This document shows positions 8,040 through 15,496 of a stretch of 24,000 bases of DNA, piece after piece. Made by a program: the position numbers and the translations under genes. The number at the start of each line of letters is the position of its first letter. Position 1 is the stretch's first letter. The notes beneath the pieces are model-generated. The model was not told the origin of the DNA, did not search any database, and worked only from the letters and a program-made list of their open reading frames with translations. The DNA lies in assembly GCA_016928195.1 (NCBI GenBank), contig JAFGLF010000086.1, positions 1 through 24,000 of the forward strand, written 5' to 3'. The DNA is from Elusimicrobiota bacterium (GTDB taxonomy: Bacteria; Elusimicrobiota; UBA8919).

Positions 8040-8091
8040 CAACCCCCCGCACCAGAACAAGTTCGGTATAGGGTAAACCCTGTATCGAGTT

Positions 8092-8838
8092 CTACTCTGG
8101 TACAGGGTTCCTCTGGCGGTTTATTTCATAAAATATTACTGAAGCTGACATAGCTGCGTTCAATGAGCCGATTTTTTGGGTTATAGGTATCTTTATTAAA
8201 AAATCACATTTTTCTTTTGTTGTTCTCTGCATACCGCTTCCTTCGCTGCCTATTACAACTGCTACCTTGCCTTTTATTTCCTTTTCCGGCATTGATTCAC
8301 CCGACATATCAGCACCGTAAATCCAAAAACCGTTTTTCTTAAGCGCTTCTATGGCGTAAACTATATTGGCAATGCGGACAATGGGAATATGTTCTATTGC
8401 TCCTGCGGACGCTTTTGAAGTGCCTGTTGAAATACCGGCTGCTGCTCTGTGCTGTACAATTATAGCATCTATTCCGAAACAGACCGCCGAACGTATTATG
8501 GTTCCGAGATTTTGTGGGTCTTCTATACCGTCAAGAATACATACAGCCGCATCTTTTTTTTCCTTGAGCAGTTTTATCATTTGTTCGAACTGGATATACT
8601 CCTTTTGTGATACATATGCAACAACGCCCTGGTTATTAGGAGAAAAAGAAACCAGTTTGCGGCTTTCGACAAACTGTACAATAATTTTTTTCTTACGTGC
8701 AATAGACAATATATGGTTAACAATATCTCCTTTGAAGTGTTTGGCAATAAGTATTTTTTTAAAGTTTCTCTTTCCGGCACTGAGTGCCTCATAAACCGGG
8801 TGCCTTCCGTAAATGATTTCTGTACTCATATAGTTCAA
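8092..8838 (-). CDS. rlmB: 23S rRNA (guanosine-2'-O-)-methyltransferase RlmB (SpoU/TrmH family)
   Basis: Track ORF of 248 aa. N-terminal IYGRHPVYEAL substrate-binding-domain pattern and SpoU motifs (LDGIEDPQNLGTIIRSA, VVIGSEGSGM, GSLNAAMSASVIFYE). The track start at 8838 is TTG; an ATG at 8829 (MSTEIIYG...) is an equally plausible start. Confidence 0.85.
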   Translation of the reverse strand: MNYMSTEIIYGRHPVYEALSAGKRNFKKILIAKHFKGDIVNHILSIARKKKIIVQFVESRKLVSFSPNNQGVVAYVSQKEYIQFEQMIKLLKEKKDAAVCILDGIEDPQNLGTIIRSAVCFGIDAIIVQHRAAAGISTGTSKASAGAIEHIPIVRIANIVYAIEALKKNGFWIYGADMSGESMPEKEIKGKVAVVIGSEGSGMQRTTKEKCDFLIKIPITQKIGSLNAAMSASVIFYEINRQRNPVPE

Positions 8839-8839
8839 C

Positions 8840-8941
8840 CGCGGATTACGCAGAATCCGCCATCCGCCAACTGGCGGAGGCGGACGCAGATTACGCAGAG
8901 ATTTTCTCAGCGGTCTCAGCGAAACTTCTGCGGTTTCTGCG
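8840..8941. repeat. intercistronic inverted word-array element (cysS|rlmB spacer), CGCAGA type, with an inserted GC hairpin
   Basis: Forward arm: CGCGGA 8840-8845 and CGCAGA 8849-8854, then a GC hairpin (CCGCC 8857-8861, CCGCC 8864-8868 / GGCGG 8873-8877, GGCGG 8879-8883), then CGCAGA 8885-8890 and 8894-8899. Reverse arm: TCTCAGCG 8905-8912 and 8914-8921, TCTGCG 8927-8932 and 8936-8941. GATTACGCAGA occurs twice (8844-8854, 8889-8899). Confidence 0.8.
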
Positions 8942-8943
8942 AG

Positions 8944-10341
8944 CTATGTTTTCTTGAGTTTAGGACCGGTTTTAGTATCCTCGATCTCAAAACCCTCTTT
9001 TTTGATTTTATCCCTCAATTCATCGGCCAGTTTCCAGTCCTTGTTTTTTCTTGCCTGTTCCCGGTCCTTAAGTAGTTTTTGGATATTGGCAGATGCTTCG
9101 ATTTTATTTTCTTTCATTTCGCCGATATTTAATCCGAGAACCTCGTCGAATTTACAAATGGCAGCATATTTCGAATCAGCAGCTATTTTATCATCATTCA
9201 TAAGATCCAGTGTAACTGCCAATGCTACCGGCGTATTCAAGTCATCATTTATTGCTGATTCGAATTTTTTAATATGACTGCTGGTATCTGTAGTTCCGCC
9301 TTTTTTATTATTTCTGATTTCGATTATTTTGTTTTTGAATTTTTCATAACTGTTTTCCACGTTATCCAAAGCTTTCCATGAAAAATTCAGTTCTGACCTG
9401 TAATGTGAACCCAAACAGAAGTATCTGTATGATAACGGTCTATAGCCTTTTTTTTCTAATAAACCAAGTTTTAGGAAGTTTTCGGCAGATTTTGCCATTT
9501 TGCCTTCTTTAACAATAAGGAAATTATTATGAAACCATAGTTTAACCCACGGATGTACATTCATAGCTGTCTCTGCCTGAGCTATCTCGTTTGTATGATG
9601 AACCGGAATATGGTCGATACCTCCTGAGTGAATATCGAACTGATTCCCGAGATACTTTGAGGACATCGCACAACACTCGATATGCCACCCCGGATACCCG
9701 GTACCCCATGGGCTTTCCCATTTCATGGTGTGAGATTTACCGAATTTTGAACCTTCAAGAGAAAACCACAAAACAAAATCTCTCGGGTGTTTTTTATTTT
9801 CATCAACTTCTGTTCTAGCACCTTCTTTAAGATCATCCAGTTTTAATCTTGCAAGTTCCGAATAGTGTTTGAATTTACTCGTATCAAAATAAAGATTCCC
9901 GCCTGCTGAATATGTATAACCTGCAGTTTCTATCTTTTTGATCATATCAATCATTTCTTTAATATGTTCGGTTGCTTTACACCAGACATCGGGTTCCTGT
10001 ATATTAAGTTTTTTCATGTCATCTTTGAAGGTTTTAGTATAGAAATCTGCTATTTCCCAAACAGTTTTCCCTTCCCTTTCGGCGCCTTTTTCTATCTTAT
10101 CCTCACCGGAATCTGCATCGTCTGTAAGATGTCCCACGTCTGTTATATTCATAACATGTTTTATTTTATAATTATTGTATTTTAAAGTCCGCTTTAGAAT
10201 ATCTGCACATATATAAGCCCTCAGGTTGCCGATATGGGCATAATTATAAACAGTGGGACCGCAACTATAAAATCCGACAGTTTCTTTTATCGGTACAAAT
10301 TCTTCTTTTTTTCTGGATAATGTATTATAAAGTTTCAGCAT
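8944..10341 (-). CDS. cysS: cysteine--tRNA ligase
   Basis: Track ORF of 465 aa. Class I motifs AHIGNLR (HIGH) and KMAKS (KMSKS), and the Zn-binding pattern GYPGWHIECCAMS. The start overlaps the ispF stop (ATGCTGA, 10335-10341). Confidence 0.97.
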   Translation of the reverse strand: MLKLYNTLSRKKEEFVPIKETVGFYSCGPTVYNYAHIGNLRAYICADILKRTLKYNNYKIKHVMNITDVGHLTDDADSGEDKIEKGAEREGKTVWEIADFYTKTFKDDMKKLNIQEPDVWCKATEHIKEMIDMIKKIETAGYTYSAGGNLYFDTSKFKHYSELARLKLDDLKEGARTEVDENKKHPRDFVLWFSLEGSKFGKSHTMKWESPWGTGYPGWHIECCAMSSKYLGNQFDIHSGGIDHIPVHHTNEIAQAETAMNVHPWVKLWFHNNFLIVKEGKMAKSAENFLKLGLLEKKGYRPLSYRYFCLGSHYRSELNFSWKALDNVENSYEKFKNKIIEIRNNKKGGTTDTSSHIKKFESAINDDLNTPVALAVTLDLMNDDKIAADSKYAAICKFDEVLGLNIGEMKENKIEASANIQKLLKDREQARKNKDWKLADELRDKIKKEGFEIEDTKTGPKLKKT

Positions 10342-10814
10342 TTTTCAATTAAGCATACTGAATAAGCACAGATTGCCTTGCCTTTGCCTATTTCCCCCAC
10401 TCCTTCGTTTGTAGTTGCCTTTATACTGATATGTTTTGTCCCGGCGATTTTAGACATCAGTTTTTTCATTTTTGCAGTATAAGGAGAAATCCTGGGCTGT
10501 TTTATGACCAGCATTGTGTCAATATTAATGATTTTATATCCTGCTTTTTTCAATAAACCACAGGTTTCTTTAAGTAAAATAACGCTTGAGATATTCTTGT
10601 ATTTTTTTTCCGTATTAGGGAAGTAATGTCCTATGTCTTTAAGTGTTGCCGCACCAAGCAGTGAATCGCATACAGCATGTAAAAGTACGTCTCCATCCGA
10701 ATGGGCAAGGAATTTCTTTGAAAATGGGATTCTTATGCCTCCAAGATAAATGGACTTGCCTTTTATAAGCCTGTGAATATCGTAACCGAAACCGACATGT
10801 AGTTCAGAGTTCAT
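10335..10814 (-). CDS. ispF: 2-C-methyl-D-erythritol 2,4-cyclodiphosphate synthase
   Basis: Track ORF of 159 aa with the motifs GFGYDIHRL and AHSDGDVLLHAVCDSLLGA. Confidence 0.95.
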   Translation of the reverse strand: MNSELHVGFGYDIHRLIKGKSIYLGGIRIPFSKKFLAHSDGDVLLHAVCDSLLGAATLKDIGHYFPNTEKKYKNISSVILLKETCGLLKKAGYKIINIDTMLVIKQPRISPYTAKMKKLMSKIAGTKHISIKATTNEGVGEIGKGKAICAYSVCLIEKC

Positions 10815-10819
10815 AATTT

Positions 10820-10861
10820 GAAAATTAGAAAGATTAAAATATTACAAAAATTTAAAAGATT
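10820..10861. repeat. A-rich 9-nt-period word array downstream of the four-helix-bundle gene (left arm)
   Basis: GAAAATTAGAAAGATT 10820-10835, ATTAAAATATT 10833-10843 and AAAAGATT 10854-10861. Each is complementary to a segment at 11224-11259. Confidence 0.8.
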
Positions 10862-11223
10862 TAAGATTTTCTTAAATATTTTATAAAATTTGCTAATTGT
10901 TGAGAAATTTTCACAGTATTTTTAAAAACTTTTTCAAACTCATTTCTGGAAATATAACCAATGTCAACCGCAACATATAATTGTGCTCGTAATTCACCAG
11001 CAGAGCTTTTAGCATATATCAGGAATCTAATAAACTCTTTATTGTTGTGTCGTTCAAATCCTTCTGCTATATTTGAAATAACTGAAACAGCGGAGCGTTG
11101 TATCTGTTCTTTTAAGCCAAAATCTTTTTTAAATCTGTCATTTAAAGTTAGTCTATATACCTCTGCTACTAATTTTCTCGAATCTATCCATACCTGTAAT
11201 TCCTCAAATCTTTCAACTTTCAT
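10861..11223 (-). CDS. four-helix-bundle protein (23S rRNA intervening-sequence protein / Avd-like family)
   Basis: Track ORF of 120 aa. The family pattern is clear: FEELQVW..SRKLVAEVYRLT, FGLKEQIQRSAVSVISNIAEGFERHNNKEFIRFLIYAKSSAGELRAQL. It is inserted between ispD and ispF and bracketed by complementary repeats. Confidence 0.9.
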   Translation of the reverse strand: MKVERFEELQVWIDSRKLVAEVYRLTLNDRFKKDFGLKEQIQRSAVSVISNIAEGFERHNNKEFIRFLIYAKSSAGELRAQLYVAVDIGYISRNEFEKVFKNTVKISQQLANFIKYLRKS

Positions 11224-11259
11224 AATCTTTCTAATTTTTCAATCTTTTAATATTTTAAT
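11224..11259. repeat. T-rich word array abutting the four-helix-bundle start codon and overlapping the ispD 3' end (right arm)
   Basis: AATCTTTCTAATTTTTC 11224-11240 is the reverse complement of 10820-10835 with one extra T. AATCTTTT 11241-11248 is the exact reverse complement of 10854-10861. AATATTTTAAT 11249-11259 is the exact reverse complement of 10833-10843. Confidence 0.8.
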
Positions 11260-11880
11260 ATCCTCTTTTGTAGTTATTTTTATGTTCTTGTAGTCACCTA
11301 AAACTATTTTTACCTTTTTGCCGAGTCTTTCCACTAGTGCAGAATCATCCGTAGATAAATATCCGTCTTTGAATGCTTTTTTATATGCTTTTATTATTAA
11401 AGAATATTTGAATGTTTGCGGAGTCTGTGCCAGGAATATGCTTTTCCTCACAGGGGTTGAAACGGCAAGGCCATTCTTTACAATTTTTACCGTATCCTTT
11501 GCAGGAACAGCAACCACGGAAGCACCGTATTTTTTAGCTGATAATATACTTCTTTTTATAATCTGTGTGGTAATGAACGGACGTACACCATCGTGAATAA
11601 TAACAATGCCGGTATCGGATGGAAGTACGCATAAACCGTTGAAAACCGAATGTTGTCTTGTCTTCCCTCCTGCAACAATACTGACACCGGCAGGAAGATT
11701 AAGGTGCCTTGTAAGGTCCTCCTTGGGTAAAACAACAACTATATTGTTAATTTCCGGGACTTTTAAAAATTTTGAAAGAGCTGTTTCGAAGATACGTTTT
11801 TTACCCAAAAATATGAATTGTTTTTTCGAGCCGAATCTTTTTCCTAAACCTGCAGCAACTATAATTGCCGAAACTTTCAT
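11239..11880 (-). CDS. ispD: 2-C-methyl-D-erythritol 4-phosphate cytidylyltransferase
   Basis: Track ORF of 213 aa with IIVAAGLGKRFG near the N-terminus, IIHDGVRPF and QTPQTF. Confidence 0.93.
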   Translation of the reverse strand: MKVSAIIVAAGLGKRFGSKKQFIFLGKKRIFETALSKFLKVPEINNIVVVLPKEDLTRHLNLPAGVSIVAGGKTRQHSVFNGLCVLPSDTGIVIIHDGVRPFITTQIIKRSILSAKKYGASVVAVPAKDTVKIVKNGLAVSTPVRKSIFLAQTPQTFKYSLIIKAYKKAFKDGYLSTDDSALVERLGKKVKIVLGDYKNIKITTKEDIKILKD

Positions 11881-11914
11881 AAACGCCGATTGTAACTTAT
11901 AAATATGTGGTCAT

Positions 11915-11980
11915 CCCCGCCTGCGACCCGCCAGAACTGCCTGCCCGACGAAGGTCAGGCGGGCGTAGCTGTTGGCGGGT
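11915..11980. repeat. GC-rich compound hairpin (yacL-like|ispD spacer), with CCCGCC x2 and GGCGGG x2
   Basis: CCCGCC at 11916-11921 and 11927-11932; GGCGGG at 11958-11963 and 11974-11979. The outer stem ACCCGCCA 11926-11933 / TGGCGGGT 11973-11980 has 8 bp. The inner stem is CTGCCTG 11937-11943 / CAGGCGG 11956-11962. It abuts the TAA stop at 11980-11982. Confidence 0.75.
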
Positions 11981-12969
11981 TATCTGTTTGTATCATTTTT
12001 CAGGTTAGCAAAAACCATTTTACCGGTCGATGTCTGTAAAATATTTGATACAAGCACGTCTGCCTTTTTTCCTATTAATCCCCTGCCGTTTTCAACAACA
12101 ATCATTGTGCCGTCGTCCAGATAGGCGATTGCCTGTTTTTTCTCTTTTCCTTCTTTCATAAGATAAACACTTAATACTTCACCGGGAAGCAGTGCAGGTT
12201 TTATAACCCCTGCGAGTTCATTGACGTTTAATACCGGGACTCCGTGAACCGATGCAACTTTATTAAGATTATAATCAGTTGTGATAATTTTACCCTTTAT
12301 ATCCTCTGCAAGTTTTAATATTTTTGTATCGGTTTGTTTGACATCGTTATAATCTTTCTCGAATATTTTTACCGGAACGACTGAATTCTGCCTGATTTTA
12401 TTAAGAAGGTCAAGCCCCCTGCGCCCTCTTTGCCGTTTAGTAGAATCCGAAGAGTCTGCCAGCATCTGCAGTTCTGAAACTATGAATTCCGGAATCACCA
12501 GTATACCGGAAACAAAGTTTGTATCTATGATATCCAGAATACGGCCGTCAATAATTGCTGAGGTATCCAATATTTTAAGATCAACATTTCTTTTTTGAGA
12601 TGAAAGATGTAAATCCTTGTCAAGGAGTGCAAGTTCATCCTTTTTTCTAATAGCTATTATGAATCCCAGATATGCAAGCACCATTTTAATCAAGACCGAA
12701 TATGTTTTCATAAAATTATCAATTCCGCGATGTTCCATAAGAGAAATAGAATAATCCAGTAATTTTGCCGTAATTAACCCCAGGATAATACCTATTCCGC
12801 CTGCTACAATTGAGTCAAGGGGTACCATTTCAATGAGAATTTCGATAAAAATGATTGCTAAAGCTACACCTACACCTATCAAGATTCCTTTGGCATCCTT
12901 GGAAATCTGAAACCAGCCTATAACGGGCCCTGCAATAATAACGAAAGACCTAATTAACCAAATAAACAC
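11980..12969 (-). CDS. membrane-anchored PIN/TRAM domain protein (YacL-like)
   Basis: Track ORF of 329 aa with a GTG start preceded by AGGAGG. N-terminal TM helices, a PIN core (KILDTSAIIDGRI, TDYNLNKVA) and a C-terminal TRAM-like beta domain (GEVLSVYLMKEGKEKKQAIAYLDDGTMIVVENG). It holds the same position as yacL in the Bacillus radA...ispDF cluster. Confidence 0.8.
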   Translation of the reverse strand: MFIWLIRSFVIIAGPVIGWFQISKDAKGILIGVGVALAIIFIEILIEMVPLDSIVAGGIGIILGLITAKLLDYSISLMEHRGIDNFMKTYSVLIKMVLAYLGFIIAIRKKDELALLDKDLHLSSQKRNVDLKILDTSAIIDGRILDIIDTNFVSGILVIPEFIVSELQMLADSSDSTKRQRGRRGLDLLNKIRQNSVVPVKIFEKDYNDVKQTDTKILKLAEDIKGKIITTDYNLNKVASVHGVPVLNVNELAGVIKPALLPGEVLSVYLMKEGKEKKQAIAYLDDGTMIVVENGRGLIGKKADVLVSNILQTSTGKMVFANLKNDTNR

Positions 12970-12990
12970 AAAAACCTCCTATTAACTACA

Positions 12991-13068
12991 TGTAAAATAG
13001 AAAATGTAAAAAGTAAAATATAACGGACTTTAACTTTCAATTTTCAATTTTAGATTTTACATTTTTAG
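12991..13068. repeat. intercistronic inverted word-array element (radA|yacL-like spacer), GTAAAAT type, 7-nt period
   Basis: Forward arm is TGTAAAATAGAAAATGTAAAAAGTAAAAT (12991-13019). Reverse arm is ATTTTCA ATTTTAG ATTTTAC ATTTTTAG (13040-13068). AAAATGTAAAA 13001-13011 is the exact complement of TTTTACATTTT 13056-13066, and TAAAAT 13014-13019 of ATTTTA 13047-13052. The reverse arm lies inside the radA 3' codons. Confidence 0.8.
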
Positions 13069-14443
13069 ATGCCGTTATTGCTTCAAATACAGTATCAACA
13101 GGAACAACCTTTATTTTTGATTTTGTGCGGACTCCTTTTAGATTCACTTTGGGAATTATACACTTTTCAAATCCAAGCTTTTCAAATTCTGCCAATCTCT
13201 GAGATATATGAGTTACTGCTCTGACCTCTCCGGTAAGTCCGACTTCTCCGATAATTCCTGTTTTAGCCGATGTCTTAAAATTACCGAAAGCAGAAGCAAT
13301 GGCGCATGCCACAGCTAAATCCGATGAAGGTTCTCTTGTTTTGATACCGCCGACAACATTTACGAAAATATCCTGGTTGGATAACCGAATACCCAAACGT
13401 TTTTCCAGAACCGCAGCTATTATTATTACTCTGTTATAATCCAGTCCGGAAAACTGTCTTCTGGGTACAGGCATCGGCGTGGACGATACAAGTGCCTGGA
13501 TTTCCAGCAGAATCGGCCTGATGCCTTCAATAATGCATGTAATTACACTTCCTGAAGCATTTGTAGGTTTTTCACTGATGAAAAGTTCAGACGGATTTTT
13601 TACCTCTTTCAGTCCCTCTTCCAGCATTTCAAAGATTCCCACTTCGTTTGTGGAACCAAATCTGTTTTTAAAACATCTTAAAAGCCGGTATATATGATGT
13701 TGTTCGGAACTGAAATAAAGAACCGTATCGACAATGTGCTCAAGAATACGCGGACCTGCAAGAGTACCTTCCTTTGTAACATGACCGCATACAAATGTTG
13801 TAATCGACATCGATTTACTCACCGATAAAAGTTCAGCAGTGGTTTCTCTTATTTGCGAAACACTTCCAGGTGCAGAGCCTATATCATCCCTGTACATGGT
13901 CTGTATAGAATCTATGAAAAGAAATTTCGGCTTAACATCCTTAACTTTTGATATTATTTCCGAAAGCAGTGTTTCAGAAGCAAGAAAGAGATTACCGGAT
14001 TCGATTTTTAGCCTCTGGGCACGCATTTTTAGCTGTTCCAACGACTCTTCTCCCGAAACATATAGACACGTTAGTCCCCCGCCAGAATTGGCAGAGGATG
14101 AAAGATGTCCTGCTATCTGTAAAAGCAGAGTGGATTTACCTATTCCCGGTTCTCCGCCTATCAGAACCATTTGACCGTCTACAAGTCCGCCGCCAAGCAG
14201 ATTGTCAAATTCGCTTATATATGTTTTATACCTGTTTTTTATTGATTGTATTCCGGAAATTTCATTTATTTTTTTTACAGGTGATGAAAAACTAGTAATA
14301 TTCGGTCTTTGTTTTGAAGTAGGAACTTTACGTTCTTCTACAAACGAATTCCATTTCCCGCAATCAGGACATCTGCCCAACCATTTGGTTGATTCATATC
14401 CGCATTCCTGACAAATAAATTGAAATTTTTCTTTAGTCTTCAT
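13037..14443 (-). CDS. radA: DNA repair protein RadA/Sms
   Basis: Track ORF of 468 aa. Zn finger (CQECGYESTKWLGRCPDCGKW), Walker A (GGEPGIGKST), the KNRFG motif and a Lon-protease-like C-terminal domain. The last ~10 codons (SKNVKSKIEN) lie inside a repeat arm. Confidence 0.95.
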   Translation of the reverse strand: MKTKEKFQFICQECGYESTKWLGRCPDCGKWNSFVEERKVPTSKQRPNITSFSSPVKKINEISGIQSIKNRYKTYISEFDNLLGGGLVDGQMVLIGGEPGIGKSTLLLQIAGHLSSSANSGGGLTCLYVSGEESLEQLKMRAQRLKIESGNLFLASETLLSEIISKVKDVKPKFLFIDSIQTMYRDDIGSAPGSVSQIRETTAELLSVSKSMSITTFVCGHVTKEGTLAGPRILEHIVDTVLYFSSEQHHIYRLLRCFKNRFGSTNEVGIFEMLEEGLKEVKNPSELFISEKPTNASGSVITCIIEGIRPILLEIQALVSSTPMPVPRRQFSGLDYNRVIIIAAVLEKRLGIRLSNQDIFVNVVGGIKTREPSSDLAVACAIASAFGNFKTSAKTGIIGEVGLTGEVRAVTHISQRLAEFEKLGFEKCIIPKVNLKGVRTKSKIKVVPVDTVFEAITASKNVKSKIEN

Positions 14444-14449
14444 AAAAAT

Positions 14450-14537
14450 AACGCAAATTATCGCTAATCTAACGCGAATTGTCGCAAATTTTTTATTAGC
14501 GTGTATTCGCGTTGGTGTTTATTCGCGTATATTCGCG
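14450..14537. repeat. intercistronic inverted word-array element (mlaD|radA spacer), CGCGAAT type
   Basis: Forward words: CGCAAAT 14452-14458, CGCTAAT 14462-14468, CGCGAAT 14473-14479 and CGCAAAT 14483-14489. A T5 loop follows. Reverse words: ATTAGCG 14495-14501, then ATTCGCG at 14505-14511, 14521-14527 and 14531-14537. AATCTAACGC lies at 14466-14475. Confidence 0.85.
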
Positions 14538-14538
14538 G

Positions 14539-15372
14539 TCACTTCTTCTGTTCTTTCGCCCGTTCTCTTTCCAGCTCTTTCATAAGGTCTTTTTTTACCT
14601 TTCTGGCTTTTTTCTCGTCAACAATCCATTTTGAGGGTGCTTCCTCCATCATCTTGCTGAAGACACGGAGACTCTGGATGGTAGATTCAAGATCTTTTTC
14701 AACTTTTTTATCATTAACAAGTTTTCCGAAAGCGCCTTCCCCTTTTTCTATTGATTTTGACACTTTTTCAAGTGAAGATAACGTTGTATCCAATTTTTTT
14801 GAAATACTCTGCAGTCGTCCTTTTGGAACAGCATCTTTAATTTCCTTTGAAATAGCTTTTAAATCAGCGGTGAATTTATTGAGATTATTGATTGTGGACT
14901 TTATACCGCCTTCCACTGTCAGACCAAGCAGGGAATCTAAAAGAGAATTTATCGCTGTTTCTGTCTGTTCGAACATTTTGTCAATACTTATCGGGTCAAT
15001 ACCTACAATTTTATCTCCATCTTTTAAAAGTTCTTCGGTTTTAGTTCCAGGCGTAAGCTGTATAAATTTTACGCCTATAATTCCGGTTGAGAATATATAA
15101 GCATCTGTATCCGAATAGATTTTTACATCCTTATCAAGCCACACAGTTACATTTGCCTTTCCGTTCTCAAGTGTAATATTTTTTACATAACCGACATTGA
15201 CACCAGCTACCTGTACTTTTGCCTGTTTTAAAAGCCCTTGGATGTCATTAAAAAGAATATCTATAGTATATCCTTTTTCGAGAACCCTGACACCCGAGAG
15301 AACCATAATGGATATTGCGAGTATCAGTGTGCCAACAATAATTACTGCTCCGACTTTTGTTTCTTGTTTCAT
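14539..15372 (-). CDS. mlaD: MCE-domain protein MlaD (outer-membrane lipid asymmetry ABC system, substrate-binding component)
   Basis: Track ORF of 277 aa. N-terminal TM helix, an MCE fold region (VQVAGVNVGYVKNITL) and a coiled-coil C-terminus. It follows mlaE and mlaF. Confidence 0.8.
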   Translation of the reverse strand: MKQETKVGAVIIVGTLILAISIMVLSGVRVLEKGYTIDILFNDIQGLLKQAKVQVAGVNVGYVKNITLENGKANVTVWLDKDVKIYSDTDAYIFSTGIIGVKFIQLTPGTKTEELLKDGDKIVGIDPISIDKMFEQTETAINSLLDSLLGLTVEGGIKSTINNLNKFTADLKAISKEIKDAVPKGRLQSISKKLDTTLSSLEKVSKSIEKGEGAFGKLVNDKKVEKDLESTIQSLRVFSKMMEEAPSKWIVDEKKARKVKKDLMKELERERAKEQKK

Positions 15373-15373
15373 A

Positions 15374-15494
15374 GTCGCTCCTCTTCGCTCCGCTTTAATC
15401 CGCCGCGGCGGACTAATCTAACGCTAACTGTCGCGAATAACTGCTTTTAATTCGTATATATTCGCGTTGTCTTATCATTTCGCGTGAATTTGCG
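15374..15494. repeat. intercistronic inverted word-array element (mlaF|mlaD spacer), CGCGAAT type, with a GC palindrome
   Basis: Modules in order: GTCGCTCCTCTTCGCTC 15374-15390, AATCCGCCGCGGCGGA 15397-15412 (12-nt perfect palindrome at 15400-15411) and AATCTAACGC 15415-15424. Forward words are CGCTAAC 15422-15428 and CGCGAAT 15432-15438. Reverse words are ATTCGTA 15450-15456, ATTCGCG 15460-15466, ATTTCGCG 15477-15484 and ATTTGCG 15488-15494. Confidence 0.8.
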
Positions 15495-15496
15495 TT

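Noticed and set aside
8829-8838. TTG start codons used by the track for rlmB (8838) and the yybS-like gene (21201)
   Set aside because: These calls are only flagged, not rejected. In-frame ATGs lie 9 and 12 nt downstream (8829, 21189) and are equally plausible. No clear Shine-Dalgarno discriminates between them, so the exact starts are uncertain.
10861-11223. Four-helix-bundle protein as the Avd component of a diversity-generating retroelement
   Set aside because: The window contains no reverse transcriptase, no template/variable repeat pair and no adenine-specific mismatched duplicate. The gene stands alone.
14450-14537. Integron attC sites. The structure is conserved while the sequence varies, there are paired boxes, and GTTAGAT (a GTTRRRY-like core) appears in the mRNA sense at three loci
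   Set aside because: The flanking genes are universal single-copy housekeeping genes in conserved synteny, not cassettes. No intI or attI is present. There are four boxes per arm rather than two. The GTTAGAT match is short enough to be chance.
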